56,852 nucleotides of DNA from an uncultured Alphaproteobacteria bacterium (GCA_903912365.1 CAIWGV010000038.1:1-56852), one strand, 5' to 3'; positions 8,863 to 19,260 are shown, counted from the stretch's first letter. The notes: generated by a model not told the origin, from the sequence alone. Numbers and translations are program-made.

Positions 8863-10374
8863 TTATTTCTGAATCCATCCAGCTTCTTGGAACCCATCTT
8901 TGAAGGCCCAGCGCCAAAAAGCATTGTGCCCTTCATTGGGTCCGTGGGGTTTATCATAGAAACGGACAATGAATCCATTTCCCACTCTTTTTGGGATGTG
9001 GACACACAGATTGTTATGACCATGGGGTTGGGGGGCCATTCCAAGAAGATTAAAAATGGCACGCATGTCTTCATATTTAAAAGCCTGCGCTTTCACAAAT
9101 TCCTGAACAAATGATTCGATTGCTTCAACTGTTTTAGCGTCAAACCGGTTTCCCTCTTCTGCCCATGCCGCAGGGGCTTGGGGCATCATGTGAGCCTTCA
9201 TCTCTGCAAATTGTGCATTAAGGGTTTGCCAATCTTCTCTGGTTTGAGGGTAACTTACTTCCTCCTCTTCAGCCAGGGCAGGTGATAGAACTTCTTGAGC
9301 TTCTTCCTTTGTTTCCAGCTTCACAGGAACTTCCTCTTCGGAAGTCTTTACAGTAAGCTCTATCTTTTCCCCAACAGGCTGTGCGGATGTTTCCTCTTTT
9401 GCTGGTTCTCTCTTTTGAAGGGAATGGGATAGTTCTTGAGTTTTAAATTCTAGAAGCTCATCTAAAAATATCGAGCAAACCTTTTGAAATACATCTAGTT
9501 TTTGGACACAAGAAGGAAAACATTTATTAATGGGGGCAAAGGCCTCCTGCATTTTTCTTTGACGAGTTGGTATTGCCTGACTCAAAAAAACCCTCGTTTC
9601 CATTCCTCTGAGATTTCTAGATATTTTTTCATATTTCTCCACAGCATCTGTCATAACCACATCAAAGTCAGATAAACGGCTTTTCAAAAAGGAAAACTTC
9701 TTTTGAAGCTCTGGGGACAAAGTATTTTGAAAACCCTCAATAAAAGTTTCTTGTTCTCTAAAATCTTTCAATAAATATTTTTTCAGATTCCTAAAATAGG
9801 AGGGGGGGAGCATGCCATTTTTTACTTCATCCTTTAGGGAGAAGTTAAAGTCATAAAGACTCTTTAGGTACAGATAACACTCCGTTAAATAAATACTTTC
9901 CCGAACATCTGGATCAATAGCTCTACACTGCTTTCTTGAAATTTTTTCTTGCTCCCTATCAAACCATAAGGGCTCAATGACAGATAAAAATTTAAAAGCA
10001 TCAGGATAGTCTTTGATGTCCTGCCATCTCCTTATATCTTCATCACATTGGGACAAAAACGTTGGCATATGGATTGTGTGTTCAGAAAGACTAAACAAAC
10101 GAGCCACAAACTTATTTTTATCTCTACTTGAAATATCAACAGCCATTAAATAGTCTTTTAATTGGGTATTATAGGCGATTCTAGATTCCGCAATAGTTTC
10201 AACGGCCTCCATAACTTCTTCATAAGTCTTTGGAGGATTTTGTCGATAAATTCTCTTTGCAACTGGAATTTCAGGAATGTCTTGGTCTGGGGCAGTTGCT
10301 GCGGCAGCGCTCCAAAGGGGGGTTGATCCTCCCAGAGCCAATAAAAAGAAAATAATACTATAAAATAATTTCAT
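8863..10374 (-). CDS. Secreted hypothetical protein, possible HicA-like C-terminal domain
   Basis: Long ORF; signal peptide MKLFYSIIFFLLALGGSTPLWSA-AAAT; acidic linker; C-terminal KYEDMRAIFNLLG...FYDKPHG...AGW. Confidence 0.7.
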   Translation of the reverse strand: MKLFYSIIFFLLALGGSTPLWSAAAATAPDQDIPEIPVAKRIYRQNPPKTYEEVMEAVETIAESRIAYNTQLKDYLMAVDISSRDKNKFVARLFSLSEHTIHMPTFLSQCDEDIRRWQDIKDYPDAFKFLSVIEPLWFDREQEKISRKQCRAIDPDVRESIYLTECYLYLKSLYDFNFSLKDEVKNGMLPPSYFRNLKKYLLKDFREQETFIEGFQNTLSPELQKKFSFLKSRLSDFDVVMTDAVEKYEKISRNLRGMETRVFLSQAIPTRQRKMQEAFAPINKCFPSCVQKLDVFQKVCSIFLDELLEFKTQELSHSLQKREPAKEETSAQPVGEKIELTVKTSEEEVPVKLETKEEAQEVLSPALAEEEEVSYPQTREDWQTLNAQFAEMKAHMMPQAPAAWAEEGNRFDAKTVEAIESFVQEFVKAQAFKYEDMRAIFNLLGMAPQPHGHNNLCVHIPKRVGNGFIVRFYDKPHGPNEGHNAFWRWAFKDGFQEAGWIQK

Positions 10375-10439
10375 AAAAACCCTGTTTATCAAGTAACTAA
10401 ATGATATGTGGGGAGTCTAGTGAAAATTTTCAAGGGCTG

Positions 10440-11150
10440 CTAGGGTTTCCATCCCCTATGGATGGCTACAATGCCCTTTGAGAGGTTGGTGTAAACGCTG
10501 TTTTTAAATCCGACTTCCGTCATCATTTTTACCAATTCTTCTTGAGGGGGAAACTGGCGAATACTGTCAATCAAGTACTCGTAGGCGCCCTTATTCTGGG
10601 CGATCATTTTGCCAAGGAAGGGAATAACACTGAAGGAATAAAGATCATAGAGGGATTCTATGGTTTGATCAGGTTTACTAAATTCTAGACACAGAAAGGT
10701 GCCGCCGGGCTTTAGAACACGATACATCTCTTGGAGGGCCCGGGGTTTGTTTTCCACATTGCGGAGACCAAAAGAAATGGTGCACACGTCAAAGGTATGG
10801 TCGGGGAAGGGAATGGATTCCGCAGAGCCGCATGCCCAGGTGAGGGGATAAAAAATATTTTTATCCACAAGGCGGTCTTGGCCTTTTTGGATCATCTCTG
10901 GACTGAGATCGAGGATTGTTATTTCGGGATTGAGATCCTGGGAGGTGCCCAAAAAATGGGCCACGATATCTCCCGTGCCACCAGCCACATCCAGAAAGGA
11001 CATGCGGGGTGTTTTGGGGATCAGGGAGGTGAACTCTTTTTTCCAACGCCGATGAAGGCCCAAACTCATGAGATCATTCAGGAGGTCATAGGACCCGGCA
11101 ACGCCGTTAAAGAGAGTCCGGATGGCGTCTGTTTTTATGGGTGTGTTCAT
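10440..11150 (-). CDS. ubiE: Ubiquinone/menaquinone C-methyltransferase UbiE
   Basis: YDLLNDLMSLGLHRRWK, LDVAGGTGD, ISFGLRNV, EMYRVLKPGG, YEYLIDSIRQFP. Confidence 0.96.
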   Translation of the reverse strand: MNTPIKTDAIRTLFNGVAGSYDLLNDLMSLGLHRRWKKEFTSLIPKTPRMSFLDVAGGTGDIVAHFLGTSQDLNPEITILDLSPEMIQKGQDRLVDKNIFYPLTWACGSAESIPFPDHTFDVCTISFGLRNVENKPRALQEMYRVLKPGGTFLCLEFSKPDQTIESLYDLYSFSVIPFLGKMIAQNKGAYEYLIDSIRQFPPQEELVKMMTEVGFKNSVYTNLSKGIVAIHRGWKP

Positions 11151-11325
11151 GGAGTCTAAGATAGCAAAAGATGAAGGATAATTCACGGAGATATATAGGA
11201 GAAAGATAAGATTCAGGGTTTAAATCCACCCAGGGGGCAAAGACTATGGGATATCAATAATTCTATGTGGTTATTTGCCATACTAAAATTATAGAGATTA
11301 GGGAAATTCCCTAAACAGAAATTCT

Positions 11326-12549
11326 TTATTCCCCCAACCTGGGACGACGACTAGAGGGGCTTGATAGAGGATAGAAATATTCTCTAAGCTGAGATTTCTC
11401 ACCCCTCAAACCAAGGGTAATGGTATTTATCATACTAAAATTACGGAGACCAGGGATCCTGTTTAAAACGACCTCAATGTCTGTGGCGCCCTGAGCGCTT
11501 ATCCTGTTCCACTTCAGGTTCAGGGTATGGAGATGAGGGACCCTCCCTAAAGCAGCGACAAGAGCTATGGCACCTTGATCTCCCATGTAGTTCTTTGAAA
11601 TATCCAAAGCATGGAGACTGGGGACATCCCTTAAAGCGGCGGCAAGAGCTGTGACTCCTTGATCTCCTATGCCGTTACAGGACACATTCAAAGTATTGAG
11701 GTTGAGGACATGCTGTAAACCGACGGCAAGGACTGTGATGCCTTGATCTTGCATGTGGTTACCGCTCACATTCAAGGTATGGAGATTGGGGACATGCTGC
11801 AAAGCGGCGGCAAGGGCTATGATGCCTGAATTTCCCATGCCGATAAATGACACATCCAAAGCATGCAGCTGAGGGATATTCCCTAAAGCGGCGGCAAGGG
11901 CTGTAATGCCTTGATCTCCTACGTAGTTCTTTGAAATATCCAAAGCATGGAGATGAGGGAATCTCTCTAAAGCGGCGGCAAGGGCTGTGATTCCTTGATC
12001 TCCTATGTCGTTACAGGACACATCCAAAGCATGCAGCTGAGGGATATTCCCTAAAGCGACGGCAAGGTCTGCGATTCCTGGATCTCCTAGGTTGTTATGG
12101 GACACATGCAAAGTACGGAGATTGGGGGCAGAGGGTAAGACTTTTAGGAGGGTCTCAATAATACGGGATCCTATGCCAATTATTGAGATAGATGTTACAG
12201 TCCAATGATTAATAAAAGGGGGAAGAACCTCTGGTGGGGTACTGCTTATTATAAAATTTAACCGCGCTTGATTTATTGCAAGTTTATAGGGGGCCGCCAA
12301 ACGAGCCTGTTTAAAATTCTTGCAGACTAAGGCAAAACTCTCTAAATCCCGATATTCCAAAAAAGAAAGTATACGAATTAGGAGTTCCTCTGGCATTCTA
12401 GAAAAGGTTTCTTGTGGAGTAGAAGCAACCAGTGCACTCTGGGCTCTTCCAGGAAGATCTCGAGACTCTTCCGCATCCGCAGCGGCAGCCGCCATGGCAG
12501 ATGGAAAAGACAATAAAATTAATACAAAAAAGCAGAATACTCTAATCAT
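11326..12549 (-). CDS. Secreted F-box + leucine-rich-repeat protein (candidate effector)
   Basis: Signal peptide; F-box FSRMPEELLIRILSFLEYRDLESFALVCKNF; eight 28-aa RI-like LRRs. Confidence 0.88.
   Translation of the reverse strand: MIRVFCFFVLILLSFPSAMAAAAADAEESRDLPGRAQSALVASTPQETFSRMPEELLIRILSFLEYRDLESFALVCKNFKQARLAAPYKLAINQARLNFIISSTPPEVLPPFINHWTVTSISIIGIGSRIIETLLKVLPSAPNLRTLHVSHNNLGDPGIADLAVALGNIPQLHALDVSCNDIGDQGITALAAALERFPHLHALDISKNYVGDQGITALAAALGNIPQLHALDVSFIGMGNSGIIALAAALQHVPNLHTLNVSGNHMQDQGITVLAVGLQHVLNLNTLNVSCNGIGDQGVTALAAALRDVPSLHALDISKNYMGDQGAIALVAALGRVPHLHTLNLKWNRISAQGATDIEVVLNRIPGLRNFSMINTITLGLRGEKSQLREYFYPLSSPSSRRPRLGE
11455..12126 (-). repeat. Intragenic tandem 84-bp repeats encoding eight LRRs
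   Basis: Recurring aaagcggcggcaagggctgt / ccttgatctcc / atccaaagcatg at 84-bp spacing. Confidence 0.9.
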
Positions 12550-12744
12550 TTTTTATCCTATATTTAAAATAAACACATGTTATCTGATTCTTTTATAACA
12601 GGTTTATTTATAATTTAAAGAGGGAAAGTTGTAACGAATAACACAAAGTCTATGACAGACTCGAGGAAACTCAAAGATGGTTTGAAAATAGCCCTATAAA
12701 AGCAGATCCCGTCGGTTCGCATTACGTGCAATACAAAACCGTAC

Positions 12745-13062
12745 CTAACCCGCTTTTTTCTTTATAGATTGCACATCCAACCGAAATCCCAGACCATGTA
12801 ATACAGCCTCTATGGTGTCTAATCGTGGATTTCCTTCTGAAGAAAGGACCTTATAAAGATTTTCTCGACTGAGCTGAGTTTTTTTTGCCAATTTAGTTAG
12901 GCCTCCTCTAGCTTCTGCCACATCCCGCAACGCCGTTAAAAAAGCCACACTATCTTTGTCTTTTTCATATTCCGACAAGGCCACAGAAAGATATTTTCTC
13001 GCATATTCAGGATCTTTTAGGTCCTCTAGAATGGTGTCTTTAAATTTTATTAGCCGCGACAT
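12745..13062 (-). CDS. Addiction-module antidote (HI1420/HigA-like HTH antitoxin)
   Basis: ALRDVAEARGGLTKLAKKTQLSRENLYKVLSSEGNPRLDT. Confidence 0.92.
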   Translation of the reverse strand: MSRLIKFKDTILEDLKDPEYARKYLSVALSEYEKDKDSVAFLTALRDVAEARGGLTKLAKKTQLSRENLYKVLSSEGNPRLDTIEAVLHGLGFRLDVQSIKKKAG

Positions 13063-13393
13063 TTTTCATCTCCTTGTAGTCTTTCCAAAACTTTTTTGCT
13101 TTTTCTATATCATCTCTTTGTGTGGATTTATCTCCGGCACACAGCAGTATGATAATTTTCTTGCCCTCAAGGCCGTAGTAAATTCTGTGCCCGGATTCAA
13201 AGTCTAACTTAAGTTCATAAACTCCATCTTTCAACGCCTTACAATTCCCAAAATTACCCAACTCTAATCGTCTGATCCTTTGCTGAATTCTTATGCGAAT
13301 TTCCTTGTCTTTTATGGCGTCAATCCACTTCAGGTAGGGGATCTTACCACCTGTTTCGCAATAAAGTTTAACAACAATATCTAACATCTTCAT
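13040..13393 (-). CDS. Addiction-module killer protein (HI1419/RelE-ParE superfamily toxin)
   Basis: RIRRLELGNFG...GVYELKLDFESGHRIYY...ILLCAGDKSTQRDDIEKAK; overlaps the antitoxin. Confidence 0.92.
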   Translation of the reverse strand: MKMLDIVVKLYCETGGKIPYLKWIDAIKDKEIRIRIQQRIRRLELGNFGNCKALKDGVYELKLDFESGHRIYYGLEGKKIIILLCAGDKSTQRDDIEKAKKFWKDYKEMKNVAANKI

Positions 13394-13556
13394 TTGTATC
13401 TTATAAACTACAATTTGTCAACGTGGGTTGAGACGATTTGTTTTTGTAATGTTCCGATCTAATTTAATGCGCATTGAGAAAAAAATGAAGACCATACATT
13501 CATGTTGGAAAGGTATGAATTTGCACATTCCCCCACATTCCTTTAAACTCTCCTCC

Positions 13557-14465
13557 ATGAAACACATACCCACCCCCTATCACGGCTGGGTCCTTCTGGA
13601 CAAGCCCTTAACCCTTTCCTCCCAGCAGGCCGTCACGAAAGTGAGCCACCTCTTCGGCCGCGCCAAGGCAGGGCATGCGGGGACTTTAGATCCCCTCGCC
13701 ACCGGCCTTCTTCCCATTGCGTTGGGGGAGGCCACCAAACTCATCTCCTACATCATGGACAAGGACAAAACCTATGAATTCACCGTCACCTGGGGGGAGG
13801 AACGGGCCACGGATGATGCGGAAGGTGCCGTCATAAAGACATGCGTCGTGCGTCCGACCCAAGATCAAATCCTCGCCATCCTTCCTCAATTCAGGGGCAA
13901 CATCCACCAAATTCCCCCCATCTATTCCGCCATCAAGGTAGAAGGACGACGGTCCTATGATCTTGCCCGAAAAGGCGAAGAAGTCTCCCTCAAATCCCGC
14001 CCCGTTACCATCCACACCCTCACTCTTTTAGGGGCCCCTTCTCCCTCGGAAGCCCGGTTTGAAGTTACCTGCAGCAAGGGCACCTATGTGCGAAGCTTGG
14101 CACGCGACCTGGCCCAGGCTTTGGGGGCCGTTGGCTATGTTTCCGCCCTCCGGCGCACCAAAGTGGGCCCTTTTTTGGAGGAAAATGCCGTAACTCTCAC
14201 GAAATTGCTTGAATTTCAAGGAAAATCTGGTATAGAGGAGCATGTAAATCCTGTAGACACCGTGCTGGACGACATCCTGGTGGTTACTTTGACGATAGAA
14301 GAAATGGAACGCTTGCGACTTGGTCAACGGCTTCCTTTCTTAGAAGTACCTGTCGGTGTTTCTATGGGAGATACGGTGGTTTGTAAGGATGCCAACAACC
14401 AAATCGGGGCCATGGCCCTGTGGAAAGACGGCGTTTTACACCCCAAGCGTGTTTTTAACTTTTAG
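13557..14465 (+). CDS. truB: tRNA pseudouridine(55) synthase
   Basis: LDKP, GHAGTLDPLATG, CSKGTYVRSLARD; ATG at 13557 chosen as start. Confidence 0.97.
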   Translation: MKHIPTPYHGWVLLDKPLTLSSQQAVTKVSHLFGRAKAGHAGTLDPLATGLLPIALGEATKLISYIMDKDKTYEFTVTWGEERATDDAEGAVIKTCVVRPTQDQILAILPQFRGNIHQIPPIYSAIKVEGRRSYDLARKGEEVSLKSRPVTIHTLTLLGAPSPSEARFEVTCSKGTYVRSLARDLAQALGAVGYVSALRRTKVGPFLEENAVTLTKLLEFQGKSGIEEHVNPVDTVLDDILVVTLTIEEMERLRLGQRLPFLEVPVGVSMGDTVVCKDANNQIGAMALWKDGVLHPKRVFNF

Positions 14466-14481
14466 GATAAGGAGTAAGCTG

Positions 14482-14742
14482 ATGTCGAAGACAAAGAAAA
14501 CTATTATTAAGGATTTTGCGATCAACAAAAATGATACAGGATCCGCCGATGTGCAGGTTGCTGTTCTTACGAACCGCATTCTCACTCTCAGTGCCCACAT
14601 GAAACTGAACCCCAAGGATAAGCATTCCCAACGTGGATTGTTGATCATGGTGGGACGTCGCCGTCGTCTTTTGGACTACCTAAAGACCACCGCTGTGGAA
14701 CGCTACCAGGATATTCTGAAGCGCCTTGAGCTGCGCCGATAA
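14482..14742 (+). CDS. rpsO: 30S ribosomal protein S15
   Basis: DTGSADVQVAVLT...KDKHSQRGLLIMVGRRRRLLDYL; AGGAG SD. Confidence 0.97.
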   Translation: MSKTKKTIIKDFAINKNDTGSADVQVAVLTNRILTLSAHMKLNPKDKHSQRGLLIMVGRRRRLLDYLKTTAVERYQDILKRLELRR

Positions 14743-14769
14743 GCTCTATAATTTTATTAGGATATATTA

Positions 14770-16881
14770 ATGCAACCAATTTATAAAAAAGAAATTCAAT
14801 GGGGCGGTCGTACCCTCAGTCTAGAGACTGGAAAACTGGCCAAGCAGGCAGATGGGGCCGTTGTTGCCCGGTACGGAGACACCATGGTGCTCTGTACGGT
14901 GGTGGCGCAAAAGGAAGCAAATCCTGAAGCGAGCTTCTTCCCTCTCAGCGTTCATTACATCGAAAAGTTTTACGCAGCGGGACGCATTCCTGGGGGATTC
15001 CTCAAGCGCGAAGGCCGTCCTTCTGAAAAAGAAACTCTAACGTCTCGTCTCATTGACCGACCTCTTCGCCCTCTGTTTATCGAGGGATTCAATAACGAAA
15101 CACAGATTGTCTGTACGGTTTTGAGCCATGATTTGGATAATGATCCTGATATCGTGGCCCTGATCGGCGCCTCTGCGGCCCTCACCATTTCTGGTATTCC
15201 TTTCCAAGGCCCCGTGGCGGGCGCTCGCGTTGGATATAAGGATGGCGAATTCATCCTCAATCCTTTTGTGGGAGATGTGGCTGACTCTGAATTAGATTTG
15301 ATCGTAGCAGGAACCTCTGAAGGGGTTCTTATGGTGGAATCAGAAGCCAAGGAACTTCCAGAAGATGTGATGCTGAAGGCCGTGACCTTTGGTCATGAAT
15401 CCTTCCAGCCCGTCATCAAGATGATCATTGAGCTTGCGGAAGAAGCGGCTAAGGAACCCTGGGATCTTCCCGAAGGTGTTCTTTTGGAAGCTGATCTTTA
15501 CAAAGGTGTTGAAGATCTGGCTACAAAGGATTTAAGAGAAGCTTATTCCATTAAGAAGAAGCAAGATCGGTATGCGGCCATTTCAGCGGTTAAAAAGAAA
15601 ACCAAAGAAGAATTGGCAGAAGAATTTGGGGAACACAGCTCTCTCTTTGATAAAGTCTTCAAGATGGTGGAAAGTGATTTGGTCCGCGGCGATATCCTCA
15701 AGACGGGAAAACGTATTGACGGACGAGACACAGAAACCGTTCGGCCCATCTCTTGTGAAGTATCTATGCTTCCCCGTGTTCATGGAAGTGGCTTATTTAC
15801 GCGGGGTGAAACCCAAGCGTTGGCCATCACCACCCTGGGAACAGGCGATGACGAGCAGCTTATTGATGCTTTAGAGGGTGAATCCAAGCAGCACTTTATG
15901 TTGCACTATAACTTCCCTTCTTTCTCCGTTGGAGAAGTAGGTCGCATGGGATCCGTGGGACGCCGGGAAATTGGACATGGAAAGCTCGCCTGGCGCGCCA
16001 TCCATCCTCTGCTCCCTTCAAAAGACGAATTCCCTTATACCCTTCGGACAGTGGTTGAAGTTTTGGAATGCAATGGATCTTCGTCCATGGCGACGGTATG
16101 TAGCTCTTCCTTGGCTCTTATGGATGCCGGTGTGCCCTTAAAGGATCACATTGCGGGTATTGCCATGGGACTCATCAAGGAAGGCGAAAAATTCGCAGTT
16201 CTGACAGACATTTTGGGCGATGAAGATCACTTAGGCGACATGGATTTCAAGGTAGCGGGAACCCGCAACGGAATCACGGCCCTCCAGATGGACATCAAGA
16301 TCACCAGTATTAATCCAGAGATCATGGAGATTGCCTTGGCGCAAGCCCTTAAGGGACGCCTCCACATCATCGACCAGATGGAGAAAGCCATTCAAGGATC
16401 TCGGTCCGGCGTGAATGAGAACGCTCCCCGTATTGAGGTGATCAAGGTTCCTAAGGATAAGATCCGGGAAATCATTGGAACGGGCGGAAAGATTATTCGC
16501 GACATCTGTGAAACAACGGGTGCCAAGGTAGAGATTGAAGATGATGGCACCGTAAAAGTAGCCGCCGTTGACAGTCGCTCCATTGAAGCGGCCCTTGATC
16601 GTATCCGCAGCATCATCGCGGAAGCAGAAGTTGGTCAGACGTACGCGGGCACTGTGGTGAAGATCATGGAATTCGGTGCATTCGTTGATTTCTTGAACAC
16701 CTCGGGCCTGGTTCACATCAGCGAGATTGTTCATCGCCGCCTGAATAAGGTGGAAGAAGTTCTGAACGTGGGCGACAAAGTCCAGGTTAAGGTTCTCGAC
16801 ATCGATGACCGCGGCAAAGTGCGCTTGAGCATGAAAGCCCTCATTCCTGCCGAAGGACCTTCAGAAGCGTCTGGAAGTTAA
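14770..16881 (+). CDS. pnp: Polyribonucleotide nucleotidyltransferase
   Basis: [34 protein letters not shown] and S1 domains. Confidence 0.98.
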   Translation: MQPIYKKEIQWGGRTLSLETGKLAKQADGAVVARYGDTMVLCTVVAQKEANPEASFFPLSVHYIEKFYAAGRIPGGFLKREGRPSEKETLTSRLIDRPLRPLFIEGFNNETQIVCTVLSHDLDNDPDIVALIGASAALTISGIPFQGPVAGARVGYKDGEFILNPFVGDVADSELDLIVAGTSEGVLMVESEAKELPEDVMLKAVTFGHESFQPVIKMIIELAEEAAKEPWDLPEGVLLEADLYKGVEDLATKDLREAYSIKKKQDRYAAISAVKKKTKEELAEEFGEHSSLFDKVFKMVESDLVRGDILKTGKRIDGRDTETVRPISCEVSMLPRVHGSGLFTRGETQALAITTLGTGDDEQLIDALEGESKQHFMLHYNFPSFSVGEVGRMGSVGRREIGHGKLAWRAIHPLLPSKDEFPYTLRTVVEVLECNGSSSMATVCSSSLALMDAGVPLKDHIAGIAMGLIKEGEKFAVLTDILGDEDHLGDMDFKVAGTRNGITALQMDIKITSINPEIMEIALAQALKGRLHIIDQMEKAIQGSRSGVNENAPRIEVIKVPKDKIREIIGTGGKIIRDICETTGAKVEIEDDGTVKVAAVDSRSIEAALDRIRSIIAEAEVGQTYAGTVVKIMEFGAFVDFLNTSGLVHISEIVHRRLNKVEEVLNVGDKVQVKVLDIDDRGKVRLSMKALIPAEGPSEASGS

Positions 16882-16889
16882 GTTTTAAG

Positions 16890-16935
16890 GTCATCCTGAG
16901 GGGCCGTAAGGCCCCGTCAGGATCCTGCTTTCTTT
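16890..16935. repeat. Family A palindrome half-copy directly after pnp (may act as terminator)
   Basis: gtcatcctgaggggccgtaaggccccgtcaggatcc. Confidence 0.65.
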
Positions 16936-16989
16936 AAATCCCCCCCATCTTCATTTTCTGAAGTAAGCGTAGTATACTTCCTCCTGTAT

Positions 16990-17540
16990 ATGGAGAAAAT
17001 CAGGAAGAAATTTTTAAAACCAAAGATTAAAAGGTATATCGAAGAGTTAACAGTCGACTGTTACGATGACAATATGCTTTTGCTTGGAAAAGTATGCAAC
17101 ATGCTTGAGTTAGAAATATTTGAATCCGATTTTGATGATGATAACGTGAGCGAACTTCTTATGAAAGACGAGAATTCCGATACCTATAGCATTTATGTTA
17201 ATCGCAAGCATCCGGACTCCTGAAAAAGATTTACCATTGCCCACGAAGTCGGTCATTCCATTTCCTTTTTAAATGAAAGTTATTCATCGGAAGAACTTAA
17301 AAAAACAAACAGCTTACGGATTACAGCCTTCTGTGGCGCCACTCGAATGTAAAATCGAACAAGTCTGAAGTAGAAGCAAATTGTATTGCCGCCGAAATAT
17401 TAATGCAGGAGAATAAGATAGGGGAGATCAAGAAACAAGGGAAAACACCCGAAGAAATGGCCTCATGGTTCCGTGTTTCAGTTCCTGCTATGACCATAAG
17501 ACTCCAAGATCTTTATCCCGATCAAATGGGATTTTCATGA
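16990..17540 (+). pseudogene. ImmA/IrrE-family Zn metallopeptidase pseudogene
   Basis: IYVNRKHPDS*KRFTIAHEVGH, with in-frame TGA at 17221, then a frameshift into EVEANCIAAEILM...SVPAMTIRLQDL. Confidence 0.85.
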
Positions 17541-17659
17541 CAAAGCCCTTAAACCATAGAAAATATAATCCGGACACTCATTCTAGAAATTGGGTTTTGA
17601 TGATTATAGTCTTTATGAGATGCCTTACACTCCTCCTGATGAAATTCTTACCTCCCTTC

Positions 17660-17796
17660 ATAGAAAAAATCGTGACAAAGTTTAATCCAGGCTGGAAAGA
17701 TCTATAGAAAAATATAAGGCTCTAAGTGGGACCCTGACGTCCTCTTCGAGGGCTTAGGGTGACCATCCGGTTTTCATTTCAGATGCGTCGGCCCTG
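17660..17796 (+). mobile_element. Remnant of the CAGGG-TIR/GIY-YIG element (nuclease C-terminus, palindrome and TIR)
   Basis: EKIVTKFNPGWKDL tail; 17708-17796 matches the reverse complement of 32210-32298 and ends agatgcgtcggccctg. Confidence 0.7.
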
Positions 17797-17859
17797 CACT
17801 TAAAAGCAGACAAGCTTCCTATTTTTTGCTATAAAGACGGGGATGTTTAAGGAGCGAAA

Positions 17860-19257
17860 TTGAAAATATTAAATCCCATCCTCATGGCAGGAAAAGAAGT
17901 TCTCCCTCTGGTCGAAGGTGGAAAAGGTATCTCCATATCCAATGGGGAAAGCTCTGGCGCTTGGGCGGCGGCCGGTGGGGTGGGCACCTTCTCTGCTGTG
18001 AACGCCGATGCCTACGATGAGGACGGCAACCTGATTCCCTATATCTACCACGGCCGTACACGCCGGGAACGCCACGAAGAACTTATCGCTTATGCTATCC
18101 AAGGGGGCATTGCCCAGGCCAAAAAAGCCTACGAAATCGCCGGAACCCAAGGGCGTCTCCATATGAATGTGCTCTGGGAAATGGGGGGCGTAGAACCCAT
18201 CCTCCACGGCATTTTGGATGGGGCAAAGGGATTGGTCCAAGGTATCACCTGCGGCGCCGGTATGCCCTATAAAATTGCAGAAATTTCTGCTAGTTATGGC
18301 ATTCATTATTATCCCATCGTCTCTTCCATGCGGGCCTTCATGGTTCTGTGGAAGCGGGCCTATCATAAATTCCAAGACTGGCTCGGCGGTGTTGTCTATG
18401 AGGACCCCTGGCTTGCGGGCGGTCACAATGGCCTAAGTCGGGCAGAAAATCCTCTGGAGCCCCAGGCTCCCTATGAACGCGTTCGGTCCCTTCGTCAGGC
18501 CATGCGAGAAGTGGGATTGGGTCATGTGCCCATTATTATGGCAGGCGGTGTATGGTTTTTACGGGAATGGACCAATTGGATCAACAATCCAGAACTTGGA
18601 CCCATTGCTTTTCAGTTTGGAACACGCCCCCTGCTTACACAGGAAAGCCCCATTTCCGATGGATGGAAAAAGAAACTTCTTACCCTCAAGGAAGGGGATA
18701 TTATTCTCAATAAATTCAGCCCCACAGGGTTTTATTCCTCCGCTGTCAATAATGACTTTCTTCAGGATTTAAGGACCCGCTCCGAGCGACAGGTGGCTTA
18801 TACTCTCGAAGCCGTGGGTGAGCACGATCAGGTTTTGGGCATTGGTCCTCGGAAACGCCCCGTTTACCTCACGGCCCCTGATTTAGAAAATGCTCTGAAA
18901 TGGATCGCGAAAGGCTACACAGAGGCCCTACGCACTCCGGATACGACTCTGGTATTTGTAACCCCTGAAAGTGCGCACCGCATCCATGAGGATCAGGTAA
19001 ATTGCATGGGATGCCTAAGCGCCTGTGCTTTCAGTAATTGGTCCCAAGATGAAGCGGGCACTACAGGCCTCAAGGCGGACCCCCGGTCTTTTTGCATTCA
19101 AAAAACCTTACAGTCCGCGTCCCACGGGGGCGATATCAATCATGAGCTTATGTTTGCAGGCCACAATGCATATCGTTTTGCCCAGGATCCTTTTTACAAG
19201 GGTGGGTTTATTCCCACTGTTCGTGAGCTTGTAGAGCGCATCCGGACTGGAGACTAA
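17860..19257 (+). CDS. Nitronate monooxygenase / NAD(P)H-dependent flavin oxidoreductase family
   Basis: PLVEGGKG, GAGMPY, EDPWLAGGHNG, IMAGGVW, AFQFGTRP; conserved alphaproteobacterial form. Confidence 0.88.
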   Translation: MKILNPILMAGKEVLPLVEGGKGISISNGESSGAWAAAGGVGTFSAVNADAYDEDGNLIPYIYHGRTRRERHEELIAYAIQGGIAQAKKAYEIAGTQGRLHMNVLWEMGGVEPILHGILDGAKGLVQGITCGAGMPYKIAEISASYGIHYYPIVSSMRAFMVLWKRAYHKFQDWLGGVVYEDPWLAGGHNGLSRAENPLEPQAPYERVRSLRQAMREVGLGHVPIIMAGGVWFLREWTNWINNPELGPIAFQFGTRPLLTQESPISDGWKKKLLTLKEGDIILNKFSPTGFYSSAVNNDFLQDLRTRSERQVAYTLEAVGEHDQVLGIGPRKRPVYLTAPDLENALKWIAKGYTEALRTPDTTLVFVTPESAHRIHEDQVNCMGCLSACAFSNWSQDEAGTTGLKADPRSFCIQKTLQSASHGGDINHELMFAGHNAYRFAQDPFYKGGFIPTVRELVERIRTGD

Positions 19258-19260
19258 ATC

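Noticed and set aside
11455-12126. Regular DNA repeats as a CRISPR array
   Set aside because: They are in-frame 84-bp coding LRR units with no unique spacers, and there are no cas genes.
13428-13556. N-terminal extension of TruB in the ORF track
   Set aside because: Homology starts near HGWVLLDKP, so the ATG at 13557 is more plausible.
17221-17223. In-frame TGA as evidence of recoding or an alternative genetic code
   Set aside because: The same gene also has a frameshift, other genes end normally at TGA, and CGA-to-TGA explains it.
17465-17707. 80-aa ORF as a real gene
   Set aside because: It overlaps the ImmA pseudogene end out of frame, and only its last ~15 codons look like a GIY-YIG remnant.
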